The notes under the pieces were generated by a model. The model searched no databases and was not told the origin of the DNA. It saw nothing but the letters and a program-made list of their open reading frames with translations. The translations under genes and the position numbers were made by a program. Source: an uncultured Nitrospiraceae bacterium (lineage in GTDB: Bacteria > Nitrospirota > Thermodesulfovibrionia > Thermodesulfovibrionales > Dissulfurispiraceae). From it: 64,000 bases of DNA. Below, one piece after another: positions 59,627 to 64,000 of this stretch (within the stretch, counting starts at the first letter, position 1; every line of letters starts with the position of its first letter). Location of the stretch: NCBI GenBank assembly GCA_963705105.1, contig CAVPIW010000005.1:576001-640000 (forward strand), written 5' to 3'.

Positions 59627-60754
59627 TCAGATCAGGAGGGCGCCCTTTTCTATAAGGGTGATGGTTTCGCCGTTCTTTGTGGAAAGGCGGACGGTGGGCT
59701 TGAAGAAGACGAAGTCGAGATGAAAGGGTGTCTTGACCTTTCCCCCGAATGAGCTGTTGTCGCCGAGGGCGACGTGAATGGTGCCGAGAATCTTCTCCGA
59801 TTCGAGGATGTTGTCGGGCCGCCTGGCCCTCTCGTTCGTCCCGATGCCGAACTCGGCGATGTTCCGGTTTTCCTCCCGTTCAGCGAGCTTCGATTTCAGG
59901 TATGATGCGAAGGGACCGTCCCCGATGATCTCCCTCGCTGTGCCGTCCTTCACGGACAGCTTTATCGGTGCGGCGAGCTTTTTCGTGGGGGACCATTCGA
60001 GCACAAGCTTCCCGTTCGCCGTGCCCTCGAGGGGCGCGAGGAAGACCTCGCCGGCGGGGAGGTTGCCGAAGGCGCCCGATGCGCTCAGGATGCCCGTATC
60101 GGACAGGGCCTTCCGCTTCTCCTTTGAGAGGGTGAGGCGTGTCCCGTTCGGTGTGCTGATGTCGACGAGGACGGCCTTGTTGACCACTGCCGCGACAGCC
60201 TTCGTCAATTTCTCGAGCTTCCTCCAGTTGACGTTCATGACGCCTTCGAACATCGAGACATCAAATAGGGGCATGCTGGCGTAGCGGCAGCCGCAGATCC
60301 TTGTCAGAAAGTCCCTGAAGCGCGTATGGCTCGTCGAATAGTTGGAGAGGGCGATGACGACATTCGCGGCATCCTTCCGGTGCCGACCGATGAGGGCCTC
60401 AGCAGCCGCCGTCTCCTCTTCGGAGCTTTCCTTCTGCAGGAGGGCGGGCAGGAGCCCTCCCCTTATCAGCTTGTCCACCAGTCTCTCGCCGAAGGCCCTC
60501 CGCCAAAGCTCCTCCGGCGGCTCAACGCCGTGATTGCCCGTCGACGGGTACTCAAGGTAGACGACCTTTTTCGCAAAGGACTTGCCGATCTCGGCGGTCA
60601 GCAGGGCCACGTCCCGCAGCCGCTCCCTGCGGCAGAAGTCGTGTTCCGGGACGATCTCACGGGGTGAAATGGTGTCCGTAAAGACGAGGACCTTCTCATC
60701 CCGTCGCACCCTGAGGTTGGTCGTATAGATGGCCTGAATCGTTTTTGTCATCAT
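59627..60754 (-). CDS. Aminopeptidase (M29 / aminopeptidase T-like)
   Basis: GNLPAGEVF.AP, NIAEFGIGTN, ESEKILGTIHVALGDN, HLD. Confidence 0.88.
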   Translation of the reverse strand: MMTKTIQAIYTTNLRVRRDEKVLVFTDTISPREIVPEHDFCRRERLRDVALLTAEIGKSFAKKVVYLEYPSTGNHGVEPPEELWRRAFGERLVDKLIRGGLLPALLQKESSEEETAAAEALIGRHRKDAANVVIALSNYSTSHTRFRDFLTRICGCRYASMPLFDVSMFEGVMNVNWRKLEKLTKAVAAVVNKAVLVDISTPNGTRLTLSKEKRKALSDTGILSASGAFGNLPAGEVFLAPLEGTANGKLVLEWSPTKKLAAPIKLSVKDGTAREIIGDGPFASYLKSKLAEREENRNIAEFGIGTNERARRPDNILESEKILGTIHVALGDNSSFGGKVKTPFHLDFVFFKPTVRLSTKNGETITLIEKGALLI

Positions 60755-60783
60755 GATGCGGATCTCCCGTTGAGATGTATTGA

Positions 60784-60995
60784 CCTTCCAGTTGCATGAA
60801 AAGGCGGGACAAAGTGCCTCAAAGCCTTGCTGATAGCGAGCATGATCATTTGAAATGGGACATTGGGGATTCCACCCGACCTGTCATCAACCGTCAGCCT
60901 GACATAATCCGTATGGGAAGGCAAAGGTTTCTCAGCACCAAGGCTTTTCGGCATCTTCGCCCCGCCTTTCCGGATGTCCTGTTGCAGCGATAAAG
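60784..60995. repeat. 212-bp MITE-like element (delta+alpha), TTGA target duplication
   Basis: TTGA|CCTTCCAGTTGCA...TGCAGCGATAAAG|TTGA. Confidence 0.9.
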
Positions 60996-61019
60996 TTGAT
61001 AGGCTGCGGCCCGGCGCCG

Positions 61020-62462
61020 TCATGAGAAGACAAGCTCCATCTGCTGCACTTCTCCCTCTTCCTCCTCGGGGAAGAGGATGGGATAGTTGTTGTCGAAGCA
61101 GGCGAAGCAGTAATCCTCCGGATGAGGGATCGTCTGCCTGACTCCCTCCAGGCTCAGGTAGGCGAGGCTGTCGGCGGTGATGTATTTCCTGATCTCCTCC
61201 GTCTTGTGGCTCGATGCGATCAGTTCCTGCCTCGTCGGCGTGTCTATGCCGTAAAAACAGGGGCCGATGGTGGGAGGCGACGATATCCTCATATGCACCT
61301 CCCGGGCGCCGCCCACTTCACGGATCATCTTCACGATCTTCTTGCTCGTCGTTCCCCTGACGATGGAATCATCGACGACGACCACTCTTTTGCCTTTCAG
61401 GAGGTCCCGTATGGGGTTCAGCTTGATCTTGACGCCGAAATGGCGTATGGTCTGCTTCGGTTCTATAAAAGTCCTGCCGATATAGTGGTTTCTGATCAGC
61501 CCGAAATCGAAGGGAATCCTGCTCTCCTCGGAGAAGCCGATCGCCGCGGGAACACCGGAATCAGGCACGGGGATAATAATATCTGCGTCGATGAAAGACT
61601 CCCGCGCAAGTTGTCTGCCGAAATTCTTCCGTACCGTGTTCACACAGTTGTGGCCGAAAATGTAGCTGTCCGGCCTCGCGAAGTAGATGAACTCGAACAC
61701 GCAGTGGGCTTTCCGCAGGCTCGGGATCACCCTGACGGAGTGGAGGCCCTGTTCATTGATGATGACCATCTCTCCCGGCTCGACATCCCTGATATACTCG
61801 GCCCCGATGAGATCGAAGGCGCATGTCTCCGATGCGACGACATAGGCGCCGTCGAGGGTGCCTATCGAGAGGGGCCGCACGCCGTAGGCATCCCTGACCG
61901 CGATCAGCTCCGATTCACGGAGGAAGAGGAGGCTGAAGGCGCCGCTCAGTTGCTCGAGCACCTCCGTTATCCGCCCGTGCGGGTCGTCACGTCTCGACCG
62001 GGCGATCATGTGCAGGATGACCTCGCTGTCCGATGTGGACTGGAAGATGGCGCCCTCCCTCTCGAGCCGTCTCCTGAGATGGTCGGCGTTGGTGAGATTG
62101 CCGTTGTGGCAGAGTGCGATCGTACCGAGGGCGTAAGTTGCGATGAAGGGCTGTACGTTTCTCAGGACACTGCTGCCCGCCGTCGAGTACCTGTTGTGCC
62201 CGATGGCCGAGCTTCCCACAAGCCGTTTCAGCCTCTTCTCGCTGAAGATATCGGCGACGAGCCCCATGGACCGTTCGACAGAGAAGGACCGCCCGTCGGA
62301 GGAACAGATCCCCGCCCCCTCCTGTCCGCGGTGCTGGAGCGCGTAAAGGCCGAGGTAGGTAAGGTTCGCCGCTTCGGGATGGCCGTAAACACCGAAGACG
62401 CCGCACTCCTCGTGGATGTCGTGAAAAAGGCGGTTAATCGTGAAAGGGCAGGATGAATTCAC
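61020..62462 (-). CDS. purF: Amidophosphoribosyltransferase
   Basis: [50 protein letters not shown]. Confidence 0.98.
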   Translation of the reverse strand: MNSSCPFTINRLFHDIHEECGVFGVYGHPEAANLTYLGLYALQHRGQEGAGICSSDGRSFSVERSMGLVADIFSEKRLKRLVGSSAIGHNRYSTAGSSVLRNVQPFIATYALGTIALCHNGNLTNADHLRRRLEREGAIFQSTSDSEVILHMIARSRRDDPHGRITEVLEQLSGAFSLLFLRESELIAVRDAYGVRPLSIGTLDGAYVVASETCAFDLIGAEYIRDVEPGEMVIINEQGLHSVRVIPSLRKAHCVFEFIYFARPDSYIFGHNCVNTVRKNFGRQLARESFIDADIIIPVPDSGVPAAIGFSEESRIPFDFGLIRNHYIGRTFIEPKQTIRHFGVKIKLNPIRDLLKGKRVVVVDDSIVRGTTSKKIVKMIREVGGAREVHMRISSPPTIGPCFYGIDTPTRQELIASSHKTEEIRKYITADSLAYLSLEGVRQTIPHPEDYCFACFDNNYPILFPEEEEGEVQQMELVFS

Positions 62463-62610
62463 GGGAACATGCTCTCTCTCGGCATGTGCCAGCAGGGGGA
62501 ATCGTGGATATGTCCGCTCATATGCGAATCATGTTTCAATAATGATGAATGGAAACGCGCCATCTTGCCAGATGTTCTGAAGTATTTTACCATAATACAT
62601 AAGTGGCGTC

Positions 62611-63120
62611 CAAAATAATCTGACACGAGGATAGGGCATGATTTCTTTGCACAACAAGCCTTATCACTGAATGGACACACGGGAAAGGCGGGGCCGGGGT
62701 GAATGCGCCGAAAACCTTGCTGCGGCGACACCTGTACCTTCCAGTTGCATGAAAAGGCGGGACAAAGTGCCTCAAAGCCTTGCTGATAGCGAGCATGATC
62801 ATTTGAAATGGGACGTTGGGGATTCCACCCGACCTGTCATCAGCCGTGAGCCTGACATGATCCGTATGGGAAGGCAAAGGTTTCGCAGCACCAAGGCTTT
62901 TCGGCATCTTCGCCCCGCCTTTCCGGATGTCCTATTGCAACGATAAGGTAAACTATACGCCAATGGTCGATGACACAAAGAGTGGAATCCTGTAGGGGCC
63001 GTTCCCCGAACGGCCCGACATCGATGAAGCTATTTCAGGCCGACGGCTGAAAAAGGTGAACTTTTTGCTGACACTCACACTGTCACTGACACTGTATTGC
63101 AGAGCGTTTCGCCCCGCCAT
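62611..63120. repeat. Nested locus: beta+gamma element interrupted by a 212-bp delta+alpha element (62737-62948); GTAG REP at 62992-63016
   Basis: Outer parts match the reverse complement of 30971-31245; inner part matches 60784-60995. Confidence 0.9.
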
Positions 63121-63143
63121 AGACCACCCTGAAGAGGAATAAT

Positions 63144-64000
63144 ATGGAATTTGTGCTCCGCTCCGATTTTGAACCGAAAGGGGACCAGCCGAAGGCGATC
63201 GGGGAGCTGACGGAGGCCCTCCGAAAGGGGAGCCCCCATCAGGTGCTCCTCGGGGTGACAGGCTCGGGGAAGACATTCACGATCGCCAATGTGATACGGA
63301 ACCTCGGCAAGCCGGCCCTCGTCATCGCCCATAACAAGGCCCTGGCGGCTCAGCTCTACGGCGAGTTCAGGGACCTCTTCCCCGAAAACGCCGTCGAGTT
63401 CTTCGTCAGCTACTATGATTACTACCAGCCCGAAGCGTACATCCCGACGACGGACACTTACATAGAAAAGGACTCCCTCATCAATGACGACATCGACCGA
63501 CTGCGCCATTCGGCAACCATGTCGATCCTCGAACGGACCGACGTCATCGTTGTCGCTTCCGTCTCGTGCATTTACGGCATCGGCGCCCCCGAGGACTATC
63601 TCTCCATGCACCTCTTCATCGAGGAGGGGATGAGGACCCGCCGTGACGACATCCTGAGGCGGCTCGTCGAGATGCTCTATGTGCGGTCCGAGGGGGAATT
63701 CAAGCGCGGCGTTTTCAGGGTGAGGGGAGATGTCGTCGAGGTCTACCCCGCCTTCTCTCTGGACAAGGCCGTCAGGATCGAGTTTTTCGGCGATGACATC
63801 GACGCCCTCACGGAATTTCATCCCCTGTCGGGTGAGCGGATCCGGAAGCTGAACAGGGTCGCCCTCTACCCGAACAGCCACTGGATCACGCCGGCGCCGA
63901 AACTCGAGAGGGCCTTCGGGACCATCGAGGACGAACTGGAGGAGAGGATACGGTACTTCCGTCAAAGGGGCGACGAAGTCTTCCGCCAGAGAATCGAACA
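63144..64000 (+). CDS. uvrB: Excinuclease ABC subunit B, N-terminal part (runs off the window)
   Basis: Manual translation: [19 protein letters not shown]...[15 protein letters not shown]...[11 protein letters not shown]...[13 protein letters not shown]. Confidence 0.97.
   Translation, partial: MEFVLRSDFEPKGDQPKAIGELTEALRKGSPHQVLLGVTGSGKTFTIANVIRNLGKPALVIAHNKALAAQLYGEFRDLFPENAVEFFVSYYDYYQPEAYIPTTDTYIEKDSLINDDIDRLRHSATMSILERTDVIVVASVSCIYGIGAPEDYLSMHLFIEEGMRTRRDDILRRLVEMLYVRSEGEFKRGVFRVRGDVVEVYPAFSLDKAVRIEFFGDDIDALTEFHPLSGERIRKLNRVALYPNSHWITPAPKLERAFGTIEDELEERIRYFRQRGDEVFRQRIE

Noticed and set aside
15236..63120. Dispersed inverted repeats as integron attC sites
   Set aside because: No consistent RYYYAAC/GTTRRRY ends, orientations are mixed, flanking genes are housekeeping, 4-bp duplications are present, and there is no intI.

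Overview
Bacterial chromosomal DNA, visibly GC-rich. Gene content (CooS/CooF/FNOR, DUF3373 porin, split transketolase, dapL, yggS-proC-yggT-divIVA-hisS) suggests an anaerobic Nitrospirota or deltaproteobacterium-like organism (inference). Bases 1-6008 are the end of a defence island at the 3' end of tRNA-Asn. It carries a heavily deleted type 3 BREX operon (xis-like HTH, brxF, internally deleted brxC, DUF1016, an in-frame HD::PglZ chimera, brxA, Fic) behind a consensus sigma70 promoter. The remaining ~58 kb is mostly housekeeping genes. Three things stand out. (1) About 20 intergenic loci hold a family of non-coding, modular, mutually nested inverted-repeat elements: CC...GG ends, 4-bp TNNA target duplications, five interchangeable arms, an independent 168-bp inner element and an embedded GTAG-REP. 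(2) A DUF3373 outer-membrane protein is split by a single in-frame TGA at a position I recall as Cys in homologues, making it a candidate selenoprotein. (3) A free-standing ~160-nt non-coding transcript has its own promoter, a long closing stem and four tandem GTCTCAGGA-type repeats, a candidate Csr/Rsm-like or novel sRNA. Family assignments come from motif recognition; no database searches were run.
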